From positions 27,044,070 to 27,108,069 of the forward strand of contig NC_092671.1 of the NCBI RefSeq assembly GCF_964355755.1: a stretch of 64,000 bases of DNA, read 5' to 3'. Positions within the stretch are counted from its first letter, which is position 1; every line of letters begins with the position of its first letter. Position numbers and translations under genes: made by a program. Positions 53,377-64,000 of this stretch are shown in pieces. The notes below the pieces were generated by a model. That model saw only the letters and a list, made by a program, of their open reading frames with translations, searched no databases and had not been told where the DNA came from. This DNA comes from Antedon mediterranea (Eukaryota > Animalia > Echinodermata).

Positions 53377-54902
53377 CAGGGGTTTCGTTAGTAGCCGGCA
53401 ACCGGCGCATTCGACCGTCTACTTTGACATTTTCATCGGCTACTTTCTGTCTACCTAGGCCTACACGGCCTAGCCTAGGCTAGCTCCCGGCGCGAGTACT
53501 TTTATTAATCAAGAACAATACGTACGTGTTTGTTGTATTTATTACGTTCTCGCAACGACACGATGATGATGGATTAAAATAGGATTGTAATTAAATATTT
53601 AATCAATTATTTTACCATGTAATCTGTACACGAAAGGGACCTAAAACTCCTTTAAAACTTTTCGCACTGTGTGTAGCATGCGTTTCTCCGAGGCATTGTT
53701 AGAATCCTTCAACCGTGACGACCTACCCGACGGCGAAATACACCCAACGCGATTCGCTTAAAATGACATCATATGATGTACTGATATTTCTGTGGTTGAG
53801 CCTCTCAGAATTTCACGAAAATTCTTTTAAACATGTAAAAATTAGATATTTTTTTATGATATACGATTTATCTATAAACAACTCGAATTATAAACTACCT
53901 AATATTTCGAGAAAACATTTTTAGAACTTAGACATTTTTTTTATAGATTTAAAATGAACGTAACATGTACAACTATATTATCTTGGCGTAGGAAAACAAA
54001 TTTTAATTTGTGAGAGGCTCAACCACGCTGAAGGTATAGTGGAGGAAGTCCCCTCCTGGACCGCATGTAGCCGTTTTGCGTTGAAAATTGTCGTACGGGC
54101 TTGTGTGGTTCGTGTCGTTAACTGTATCATATAGTTAATATGATGCATTGGAAATCAAACTTATATGATCTTTTAGATTAATAAGTAAATAATTAGACAC
54201 CAAAGCCATTTTTTCATATAGTATATTTATTCTCACAGTAATTGATAATCAAAAATTGTTTACTAGGCCTAGTGAAGAAAAATAGCACGTCAAAGAAATC
54301 GCGCGCATAGTAACGTATCGTAGTTGAATCGTGGAAAGCAAAATACTGCTCTGGGACGCGTGCCTCTCGGACTCCTAATAATAGACCTAGCCTAGGCCCT
54401 ATATTATTATTATTAATAATATATAATATTATTATTGAACTTCCTAACGTCATAAAATAAGGAACCACGCATTTTAAATTAATAGTACATAACAAATGGG
54501 AGTAAAATAATTGCTAAATACGTTGCTAAAGTTTCGTGTGTTTATATGTTGTTATTGTTATGCTATTTTTTTGTAATTAGTATTTTTTAAAAAACACAAA
54601 TATGCAGGTTTTTTTTTCTCAAATATTTAATATACATAAATGCAATAAAAATAAATATATTTATTTCAAATTAAGCATATATTTATGTGTCTATAAACTA
54701 GTTTAAATTACCTATATAGCTCTAGAAAGCCAGAGCTTCCAGGGGCCATCGGCCCCTCGACCCCGACCGGGGGCCCTAGGCGGCCCCCTGGCCCCCAGCC
54801 AATGGTTGTTCGCTTCGCTCACAAAGTTCTTTATTTATGAATTCAAAATTCTCCTGTTACTTTTTTTTTCTCCTCCTACTTAAAACCTTAATGCAACCCC
54901 TG
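53377..54902. mobile_element. Non-autonomous hAT-like element with 6-bp TSD
   Basis: TAGCTG|CAGGGGTTTCGTTA ... TAATGCAACCCCTG|TAGCTG, with a GC-rich palindromic subterminal region at 54738-54820. Confidence 0.75.
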
Positions 54903-55671
54903 TAGCTGCCATGTTTTTTGTTAATATATTTACCTTTAGCAATATTGAAAATGTATTAATATGATTTATACTACAATTGATATGTACCGCTTTACGTTTT
55001 ATTGTTATTTTCATTTCTATGTCTTATAATTATATATATGTTTTGTTTGTTTTTTAATGTTTTGTGTTGGCGTCCCTGACACAAGCTTTGCTTTTTTTGG
55101 TGACGCCACCGTTTTGGAAATAAATGTTGATTTTGATTGATTGATTGATATCAGATTCTGCAATTAACAATTCAATTACTGTACCATCTGAGTACTACTG
55201 TATGCATTGTTCTTTAGTAATTTAAACTTCTATGTGGTAAATAAAGATAATAAAGATACTGTAGATAAAGATTTCATTATTGTCCCCTGAACAATTTAGT
55301 GATGATTAACCTTCAATAAAAATACAAGATGACTATTCAAATTGCATCAATCATCATTTTTCTTGTTTTTTGGATTAAAGACATCTTTAATATGTTTGTT
55401 TTCAGTTTAAAATAAAACCACCATATGTACACACCTTACATAATACTATACATTACATACACAATAATCATATGTGAATATGTATATATAATCGATCAGA
55501 TGTCAGGCTATGAATTGCCTAACATTCGTTTTCAACTACCCATTCTGTCCGATATGTTACCACTTTTTCAAGTTCATATCTATTTTATCATTAATTTTTT
55601 TTGTGCAATGTGCCATTCCATATTTTGGAGATATTTTAGTTGGACTAAGAAATATTTTAGTGTGCTTGTAA

Positions 55672-55770
55672 AATTGATTGGTTAAGAATAGGAAGTTTCT
55701 CATTGGTTGAGAGATTATGTTTAATTGCTATATAAAAAAACGACAACAGAATCAGAACAAGCTGTTACAT
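55672..55770 (+). promoter_or_regulatory. GPCR copy 3 promoter
   Basis: ATTGGTT at 55677 and 55702, TATATAAA at about 55729. Confidence 0.6.
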
Positions 55771-55865
55771 ACAGTACTAATATTGTAGAGGAAGGTCTGG
55801 GAAGTTTGTCGAATTACTGTGCTGTATATATATATACTCCTTTTTAGTGTGTTCAGTGTATTAAA

Positions 55866-56732
55866 ATGGCTGATAATAATATTAGTGATGAGAATTCAAC
55901 ATTTGATTGTCCCATTTTTTATTGATGCTCACTTGATGTTTAAATATGCTGTATCTATTATTACAATTGTCTTCAACCTACTAGTCATTGTAATTATTTT
56001 AAAGTTTAAAAACTTGCAAAATATACCAAATATTTTCATTTTCAACTTGGCATTACTGCACTGTGTAAATGGTGTATTTTATTTTGGTAACAACGTTTGG
56101 AGAACATTTTATTGTTTTACAGGTAGCCCTTCCGAAACGTTTTGTGTGTTTTATCATGGCATGGAATTGTGGAAGAATTTAAACATTGCTTATGTTTTGG
56201 CTGTTTTAAATGTTGATAGATATATCGCCATCGTGCATTGTATTTCATCAAAGGTTTACCGTACAAAAAAAGCTGCAAAATATGTTTGTTTTATAACTTT
56301 AATAGTTTCAGGATTGGTTTCCATACCAACGTGGGTACATACATACATTCTGCCGTGGGATGGTATTAATTATTGTCAAATAAGACATTTTGAAAAATTC
56401 AAGTTTTACATGTTTTCTCTGAACTGCGCAATACCGTCGATTTATCCTCTGTTATGTACTGATTGTCTTTTTCTTGATTTAAAAAAAAAAAGATTGAACC
56501 TAACTTACCACGTGTGTTCATTGTTATTACGTTGATTGTCATGGCATATGTTACACTGTTTCTGGCATTTTACATTTCTTTAACTTTTACAGATCTTCAG
56601 TCAGATACTCACACAATGGTTGTTGGTTTGTTGTTTTGTAATAGTATAATACATCCATTTTTGTACGCATTCATTGAACAAAACTTTAGAAAGAGTCTGC
56701 TAAAAATGATTGCTTTGAAGCAAAGAAGATGA
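55866..56732 (+). pseudogene. Class A GPCR copy 3, pseudogene
   Basis: ATG at 55866 (MADNNISDENST). Frameshift in the T-run at about 55915-55920, deletion frameshift at about 56440, ICL3 deletion at about 56500, TM2 D>H, NPxxY changed to HPFLY. Confidence 0.85.
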
Positions 56733-57565
56733 GCACAGGGCTAACGGCCCCCTAGAAATTAAAATCCAACGTGCAGTTTTGAACAAATCCACCGCACGAA
56801 TGTGATGATGTACCACATTTTATACCATTGTTTTTTAGCGCCAACAAAATGACGAAAACATAAGATAGTCTAGTATTGTGATATTTTGTTCTATACCGAT
56901 TTAAAACGAATTACAATAATTATTGAAAATGACGCTCAGTATTGCTTACAGCACAGTTTAGCAACTGCAGGGCATAATTCGAACAAGCACAATATGCTTT
57001 GTAATTTGATTATAAAGTTTATTTATTTGTAATTCATAATGCAACAAAAAGAAACAATATTGGATTAGTTCATGTTGTAGATTACTGTTCAAGTAACTTT
57101 TAAATCATAGCTTTCGAAAGATCATGGTTTATCCAGGTATTAGCACCACTCAGACTATCAACACAAATGGTTTGTATAATTTTGCTATACTTCTATCGCA
57201 CTTATTTTACACTGTAATGAATATGCCTCACTACTGTAAACTGTTATTGAACAAAAAGATGATTAAATCGTAAACCATCAAAAACTACATCATACGAACC
57301 AGATTTTTATTGAAGTGGGACAATTGGTAAAAGACTGTATAGTTAGTGCTCTAACTCTGTTTTTCTTGACTGTAAATTGTTGAACCAACTTCTGTAACTC
57401 AATTTACAGTACAGTAGGTTTGTCTGTTTGTCAGCCTTCAAATATTTCAAATGAGATTTAAATAATAATTTATTTGGAAGCTACATATTTTTTAACAGAG
57501 GAACTTTTCTTGAATGAAGATGCTTATTCTGTTTATATAATTATATACAGTAAGTGTATTAAGTT

Positions 57566-58065
57566 TAGGGTATGTGTATTCGGGAAAATACGAATACGAT
57601 TACGAAAACGGATACGTCACACATTTGTGAAACTTTTTAGCTGATCCTCTTTTCATATTCGTAAAGCGTATTCGTGTGGACGAATATCACCAGTCATATT
57701 CATAACTACAAAACGAGTATAGTTTTTGATCTATTTTGCACATTTTGCATTTGAATTAGGAACGATTCATTATTATAATATAATTATACTTTTATTGAAA
57801 GTAATTTACTAAAGTAATTTACTAAAATGCCAGGTCAATTTTGATAAATAGCAGTTTTTAAAGTCCTCACTTGCTTTGATGTTACGCTAGGCCTAGGCAG
57901 CCAATCAACCTGCGCTTCGCTCAAATTTACCGACATATTTTGGACGGCGCCCTCAATATTTCGTTTCCATGCGAAACAGATTTTTACTGGCTTACGAAAA
58001 ACGAATACGTGTGCGTGACGTATCCGTTTTCATTATAGTATTCGTAAGATTGCGAAACCTCCCTA
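57566..58065. mobile_element. MITE copy A (left end altered)
   Basis: TACGAATACGATTACGAAAACGGATACGTCA ... TGACGTATCCGTTTTC..GTATTCGTAAGATTGCGAAACCTCCCTA; inverted homolog of 58465-58962. Confidence 0.75.
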
Positions 58066-58159
58066 TTGTATGTGATATGATTAAGAAAAATATACAATTT
58101 AGTGGACAGGAATATTTATTTGATTTGCTGTTAGACCTTTTATATGATCACTGAACATA

Positions 58160-58345
58160 TTGTATTTAAAAATGATTAGTATTTAAAAATATAGTATTTA
58201 AAAATATATAGTATTTAAAAATATATATAGTATTTAAAAATATATAGTATTAAAAGTATATAGTGTTAAACAATATATAGTATTTAAAAATAAATAGTAT
58301 TTAAAAATAAATCGTATTTGAAAATAAATATTATTTAAAAATGTA
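58160..58345. repeat. AT-rich degenerate tandem repeat (TAGTATTTAAAAATA(TA)n)
   Basis: About 10 variable-length units. Confidence 0.85.
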
Positions 58346-58464
58346 TAGGATGCTTATAAAAAATGTAATTTTGTACATTTGTTTGGAGCTAATATTCTAA
58401 TAAAATATTTAAATTGTAACATGGTTACGAAATATTGTTTTTATCTCCTGTTAATTTATAACAT

Positions 58465-58962
58465 TAGAGAGGTTTCGCAATCTTACGAATACGATCACGA
58501 AAACGGATACGTCACGCACACGTATTCGTTTTTGTAAGCCATAAAAAAAAAATCTGTTTCACATGGCGACGAAATATTGAGGCGCGTCCAAAATATGACT
58601 GCAGTAAATTTGAGCGAAGCGCAGTACGTGTTGCTTGGTGCTTGGCTGCCTAGGCCTAGCGTAACATCAAAGCGAGTGAGGACTTTAAAAACTGCTATTT
58701 ATCTAAATTGACCTGGCATTTTAGTAAATTACTTTAGTAAATTACTTTCAATAATTCTATAATTATATTATAATCATGAATCATTAAAATGTGCAAAATA
58801 GATCAAAAACTATACTCGTTTTGTAGTTACGAGTATGACTGGTGATATTCGTCAACACGAATATGCTTTACGAATATGAAATGGGGATCAGCTCAAAAGT
58901 TTCACAAATGTATGACGTATCCGTTTTCGTTATCGTATTCGTAAGGTTGCGAAACCTCCCTA
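58465..58962. mobile_element. MITE copy B (complete)
   Basis: About 50-bp TIRs TAGAGAGGTTTCGCAATCTTACGAATACGAT ... ATCGTATTCGTAAGGTTGCGAAACCTCCCTA. Confidence 0.8.
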
Positions 58963-59744
58963 CTATCAGTATTGTCTGAAAAAAGTAGATTATGAAACCT
59001 GGGTACTGTAACCAAGATATGTATGTATATGTACAGCGAAGTTCTCTCCTTCCCCCTGCCCCTCTCTCCCCCTGCAACTCCCTCCCTCCCCCTGCCCCTC
59101 CCTCCCTCCCCCTGCCCCTCCCTCCCTCCCCCTTGCTACGGATCATGACCATGTTCAAAAAGTAATGAATCCTTTAACATTACAGGTATACCGAAGATTT
59201 AATTAAGTTTACTCAATGTCTTTTTTTTGCTTTGGAGATTTCGATCTGGGTGTAAAGTATTTTCATTAATAAGTAAGATGGATTAATATAGATTACTGTA
59301 TATTATTACATTATTTGTGCAAATTGAAGTACAGTATTACCATAGTTTAATATCATGATCACTTTTTAAATTTAAAAAAATAAAGAATTAAATCTTAAAC
59401 CAATAATGAATAGTTATTTAAAAATATTCTAAGCAGTCTTTTTTGTGGTTTCACTGCAGTATATTCTTGTAGTTATGCTGTTTTAAATTTTAACTTCTTT
59501 TGCCTTAACTTTTAAATAGATTTGCATGAGCACTGGTACACATCCTTTTTTATTGGGCACCGGGACAAGAATACTCATTTTATAAAACATCTAACTCGCT
59601 GGAGCCAAACAAAGTCCCTTTAATACTAGTTTTTTGTTTGTTCTGAATAGGATAGTAGATAACATATATTGCCTAGTTTGTTTGTTTGCTAAATATTAGG
59701 AGTGTTCCAAAGGAGGAGTTCTACTGTATGTTTAATTTTAAAGA

Positions 59745-59919
59745 AAAGTAGGGTTAGGTTAACTATCTTGGGTGTGGGGTAGAGGGAGCTGAAGTATTGT
59801 GAAAGTAGGGTTAGGTTAACTATCTTGGGTGTGGGGTAGAGGGAGCTGAAGTATTGTGAAAGTAGGGTTAGGTTAACTATCTTGGGTGTGGGGTAGAGGG
59901 AGCTGAAGTATTGTGAAAG
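59745..59919. repeat. 57-bp perfect tandem triplication
   Basis: GGGTTAGG recurs at 59751, 59808 and 59865. Confidence 0.95.
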
Positions 59920-60681
59920 TCTTTAGAGCTGGCACTTACTTGGAAATGAAATTTATAACAGTTTTCACTGTAATTACAAATTTTGTAAATATTGACTGTC
60001 TGGATCGATCATCATTAAATGTATTTATTCTGGTTCTCAAGCTCATTGGAAACTGAGGAGATTCAGATTAGGCCCTCCACGTCCCCGGGTCATTCCATCT
60101 CAGATCACCCAATGAGTTAAACCCTACCTCTTCCAATTTTGATGAAATTTGGTATATGGGTGATTCATAGCAATTAAAGCCAAAATTTCAAATTTTAACT
60201 TTATCGGACCAACGGTTTTCAAGATATTGCAATTTCAATTTTCGGGCGTGTCCGCCACGTTTCAAAGAGCTGTATCTCGGGAACTATAGGTTCGATTTTA
60301 AAAGCAAAGGTATTTTTGTAAAGGGGAGACCATAAGGAATCTAAATATACTAATTGTGTGTGTTTTATGTTAATTTTAAGTTGAATAAAACTTTGACATA
60401 TATTTTGACCTTGAAATTGACCCCGTGGAACACGCCCGATTTGTTGGTGACTATCACGAAAAATGTAGCCCTACGTGTCAACTACAACATATAAAAAAAT
60501 TGGAGGGTTTTTTTTCTTTGTTTCCATGAAATTACAATTTGAAGTTGACATACCTCTTCCTTTTAGTGTATTTTTGGTGTCTGTCCATGCATTACTTCAA
60601 TGTCAATTTGATGTATTCCAAAAATAATTTTATTTACAAACTAAATATTATTATAATGTTACAATTGTCTATGTCTGGCCT

Positions 60682-61236
60682 TTACTCCTTGTCATCTGGC
60701 CAATTCAAACAGTATTTAGAAATGTTGTGGCGATCATTTTGGGAAATACTGTAATTCCTAGTCGAATAGGATTTTATAAACGGAGAGGCTATAATACAAT
60801 GTACTTTTGATTCAGGAATCCAACAACAGTCTTCTTTGGACGGCCAATAAAAGGTTTTCGCTGGCCCATGAGGATGCATAAATTTAATTTGATAATCCCC
60901 AAACTCTTCTGAGACATCCACAACCAAACCAATCCATGGGACACCATCATAACTACAGCACACAAAATTCTGAAGTCTAATAATGGTGGGTTGTGTATCC
61001 GCAACAATTTCATTTTCATCACTGAAAGATTCTTGAATCACTACCACATCCGGAGGGTTTATCTGGGTACTAAGTTTGTAGACCTGCATCTGTGCCAGAG
61101 AAACAGGAACAAAGCGATGATATTTAAATGAACCCTTGATGGTCTGGGCGAGGTTGAATCTCGGCTTTATTTCTTTTTCCACAGTAGATACCGCATCTAT
61201 TCCCACATGAAAAAAGTTGATGCCTGGAATGTCCAT
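60682..61236 (-). pseudogene. C-terminal fragment of the element's transposase
   Basis: Open 184-codon frame with YDGVPWIGLV, KFMHPHGP and FYWPSKEDCCW, lying between the TIRs. The catalytic N-terminal part is missing beyond the SINE. Confidence 0.65.
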
Positions 61237-61238
61237 AT

Positions 61239-61592
61239 GAGCGAGTCATATGGCCGAGCGGTTAAGGCAGGGTCACCGTTTACCGTACCTAAAGAGCCAA
61301 GAACAACATCGGCAAGGGTTCGAGGCCGACTCGCTCCTAGTTCTGGTGGTGGAAAAAGTCTTCTCGGATAAGGACTATAAACCGTAGGTCCAGTGTACAC
61401 AGTTATAACCTGTGTGTACTTTAAAGAACCCAGTTCATTATTCGAAAAAGAGTAGGGGGTTACCCCGGTGAACTGGTTCACACAATAGCCCCTGTATAAG
61501 GGGGATTACCACCTATCTGATAGGACAGTGATTAATTCACTATTGGTAATCCTTGGCCACATTGCCTAAAGACATAAAATAAAAATAAAAAA
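61239..61592 (+). mobile_element. Young-looking tRNA-derived SINE (Meta-domain-like core)
   Basis: GAGCGAGTC...GACTCGCTC stem, A-box TGGCCGAGCGG, B-box GGTTCGAGGCC, core GGATAAGGACTATAAACCGTAGGTCC...AAAGAACCC...GAAAAAGAGTAGGGG, (TAAAA)n tail. Confidence 0.75.
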
Positions 61593-62938
61593 TTACACAG
61601 TAGTCGAACATACTAAGTGTTCACACTGTGTATAAGTATAACAACACCAAAAATACACTAAAAGGAAGTAATAATAATTAGTAAACAAATTGTAATTTCA
61701 TGGAAACAAACAAAAAAACCCCTCCAATTTTTTTATATGTTGTAGTTGACACGTAGGGCTACATTTTTCGTGATAGTCACCAACAAATCGGGCGTGTTCC
61801 ACGGGGTCAATTTCAAGGTCAAAATATATGTATATATATATATATATAAGTTTTATTCAACTTAAAATTAACATAAAACACACACAATTAGTATATTTAG
61901 ATTCCTTATGGTCTCCCCTTTACAAAAATACCTTTGCTTTTAAAATCGAACCTATAGTTCCCGAGATACAGCTCTTTGAAACGTGGCGGACACGCCCTTT
62001 TTTGCGTAAAAACCGAAAATTGAAATTGCAATATCTTGAAAACCGTTGGTCCGATAAAGTTAAAATTTGAAATTTTGGCTTTAATTGCTATGAATCACCC
62101 ATATACCAAATTTCATAAAAATTGGAAGAGGTAGGGTTTAAAATTCCATTTTTTTTGGGTGAACTGAGATGGAATGACCCCCCCACGTCAGCCAGAATTA
62201 CCTTTATTTATTCTCAATTTTGATGAACTCAACACCACTCAATGTAATCAACGTCAACTGGAAAACAGGGGATGATGCCACTGTGTTTTATGTAATAAAC
62301 GACGGTAGTATATTAAATTACCAATGAATTGCATTATAAATTGAAACTTTATTTGCACATAAATATTAATTATGTCCTTGAAGCATTTAAAAACGTAGTA
62401 CGCTAGAACCACTATTAAGAGGACATTTTTACACCATAATTAATAATCTGTGACTAGCGGTTTCCAAGATATAGGGTAGATATAACAAATGCCGCCATTT
62501 TTTTTAATCATTCAAATTAAAGGCTTTGAATTTGATGGCCGAATTTCACTTGGGATCTGTCATATTTGTAATCAGCTAGGTCGAAACATCCAAAATCAAG
62601 TGGATCCCAGCTTCTACCAAAAAAATGCTTCTTACATCATTTCATGTGAAATGGAAACCTGTTTGTTTAATTTAATAGAGTTTTGCAGCATCTATATCAA
62701 TTACACCTTAATGATACCAGTATATTGTCATAGGTCATTATTGTCTGCTTAACTAAACATTTGAAAAAAAAAATTAATTAACTGATAAAATTCAAAGAAA
62801 ACATAAAGTCAATTGGTTTTTTTGTTGGTTCATAATAACTGTTTATCTTTCACTCTCAGTATTAATCTATATTAAAATTATAAGTAGATATTTTAGATTA
62901 AATTTCTGAATATTATCAATAACAACTATCAAATCACC

Positions 62939-63040
62939 ATTTGATTGGTTCAGAAATCAAAGTTTCTTATTGGTTGAGAGATTATATTGCTTAATGTATA
63001 AATACAGAAGGACAACTCAGCAGAAGCAGAACAAGTTATA
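62939..63040 (+). promoter_or_regulatory. GPCR copy 4 promoter
   Basis: ATTGGTT at 62944 and 62969, TATAAA at about 62997. Confidence 0.65.
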
Positions 63041-63113
63041 ATACTTTGTAGAGGAAGGTCTGGGAAGTTTATTGTATTGATACTCAACCTATTTAGTGTG
63101 TCAGTGTATTAAA

Positions 63114-64000
63114 ATGGCTGATAATATTACTATTAGTGCTGAGAATTCAACAGATTGTCCTATACTGGTTGATGCTCACTTGATGTTTAAATATGCAGCA
63201 TCTATTGTTGCAATTGCTTTCAACCTACTAATTATTGTAATGATTTTAAAATTTAAAAACTTGCAAAATATACCAAATATTTTCATTTTCAACTTGGCTG
63301 TACTGGATTGTATAAATGGTGTATTTTATTTTGGTAACAACGTTTGGAGAACATTTCCATGTTTTAGCCCTTCGGAAACTTTTTGTGTGATTTATCATGG
63401 CTTGGAATTGTGGAAAAATTTAAACATAGTTTATGTTATCGTTCTTCTAAGCCTTGATAGATATATCGCCATCGTGCATTGTATTTCATCAAAGGTTTAC
63501 CGTACAAAAGAAGCTGCAAAATATGTTTGTTTTCTAACTTTCATAGTTTCAGGATTGGTTTCCATACCAATGTGGGTACATACACACATTCTGCCATGGG
63601 ATGGTATTAATTATTGTCAAATAAGACAATTTGATGAATACTTTAAGTATTACTCATTTTCTCTGAACTATGCAGTACCGCTGATTGCAATTATCCTCTG
63701 TTATGTTGTGATTGTGTATTCCATGGCTTCAGCACAACAGATTGAACAAAACAACACAACACGGAGAACATCAAAGCGTGTGCTCATTCTTGCTATTTCT
63801 ATAGTTTTATCATTCGTAATACTCTTTTCACCATTTTATATCGCTGTAACTTTTACAGATATTCAGTCGGAGGCTCATGCATTTTGTGTTGGCATGATGT
63901 TCTCGCACAGTGTAATAAATCCGGTCTTGTACACGTTCATTGGACAAAATTTTAAACAGAATCTGTTGAAAAGTTGGTGTTGCGTCAAGTTTATGCCATG
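63114..64000 (+). CDS. Intronless class A GPCR, copy 4 (3' end beyond the window)
   Basis: MADNITISAENSTDCPILVDAHL...NLAVLD...DRY...NPVLY...WCCVKFMP; open to the window edge and absent from the ORF track. Confidence 0.9.
   Translation, partial: MADNITISAENSTDCPILVDAHLMFKYAASIVAIAFNLLIIVMILKFKNLQNIPNIFIFNLAVLDCINGVFYFGNNVWRTFPCFSPSETFCVIYHGLELWKNLNIVYVIVLLSLDRYIAIVHCISSKVYRTKEAAKYVCFLTFIVSGLVSIPMWVHTHILPWDGINYCQIRQFDEYFKYYSFSLNYAVPLIAIILCYVVIVYSMASAQQIEQNNTTRRTSKRVLILAISIVLSFVILFSPFYIAVTFTDIQSEAHAFCVGMMFSHSVINPVLYTFIGQNFKQNLLKSWCCVKFMP

Larger units (their letters stand above)
51490..55149 (+). mobile_element. 5'-truncated CR1/L2-type LINE interrupted by two DNA transposons
   Basis: KFLGVFIDEQLT*, LYNSLVLPYFSYCNVVWG, LQKRIIRII, YDTRS. 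The ORF end resumes at 53318-53373; 3' UTR with hairpin and (ATTG)n tail at 54903-55149. Confidence 0.85.
60087..62180 (-). mobile_element. Internally deleted Sola2-like DNA transposon with about 500-bp TIRs
   Basis: CCCC|GGGTCATTCCATCTCAG ... CTGAGATGGAATGACCC|CCCC. 60087-~60580 is the near-perfect reverse complement of ~61650-62180. Confidence 0.8.

Noticed and set aside
55915-55920. GPCR copy 3 frameshift as a mere homopolymer sequencing error
   Set aside because: Further non-homopolymer deletions and conserved-motif substitutions independently indicate a pseudogene.
59751-59875. Interstitial telomeric repeat
   Set aside because: Only a single GGGTTAGG per 57-bp unit; no (TTAGGG)n run.
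61239-61336. Functional tRNA gene
   Set aside because: No proper anticodon arm, and it continues into a SINE body and A-rich tail.

Overview
AT-rich, intron- and transposon-rich animal genomic DNA, not prokaryotic. A marine invertebrate, possibly an echinoderm, is inferred from repeat style only. Host genes: two + strand coding exons of a neurabin/spinophilin (PPP1R9)-like gene (26141-27616, 30000-30140), whose next expected exon I could not find in the remaining 34 kb. In that interval, on the same strand, lies a tandem cluster of four intronless class A GPCR paralogs: two intact, one pseudogene, and one running off the window end and absent from the ORF track. Each has a conserved double-CCAAT + TATA promoter. 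Two degenerate tRNA-Val(AAC) copies lie near the start. The rest is non-autonomous and decayed mobile elements (Helentron/HINE-like, Tc1/mariner-, Kolobok-, Academ-, Sola2-, Sola3-, Harbinger-, Zator- and hAT-like DNA elements, a DIRS fragment, CR1/L2 fragments, SINEs), several nested, plus minisatellites. Most notable: the apparently intron-nested same-strand GPCR cluster with patchwork sequence exchange, and pervasive TACAGTA/TACTGTA (and TAGGCCTA/TACCGGTA) words that behave like transposon excision footprints. All calls were made by eye and superfamily names rest on termini and TSD rules.
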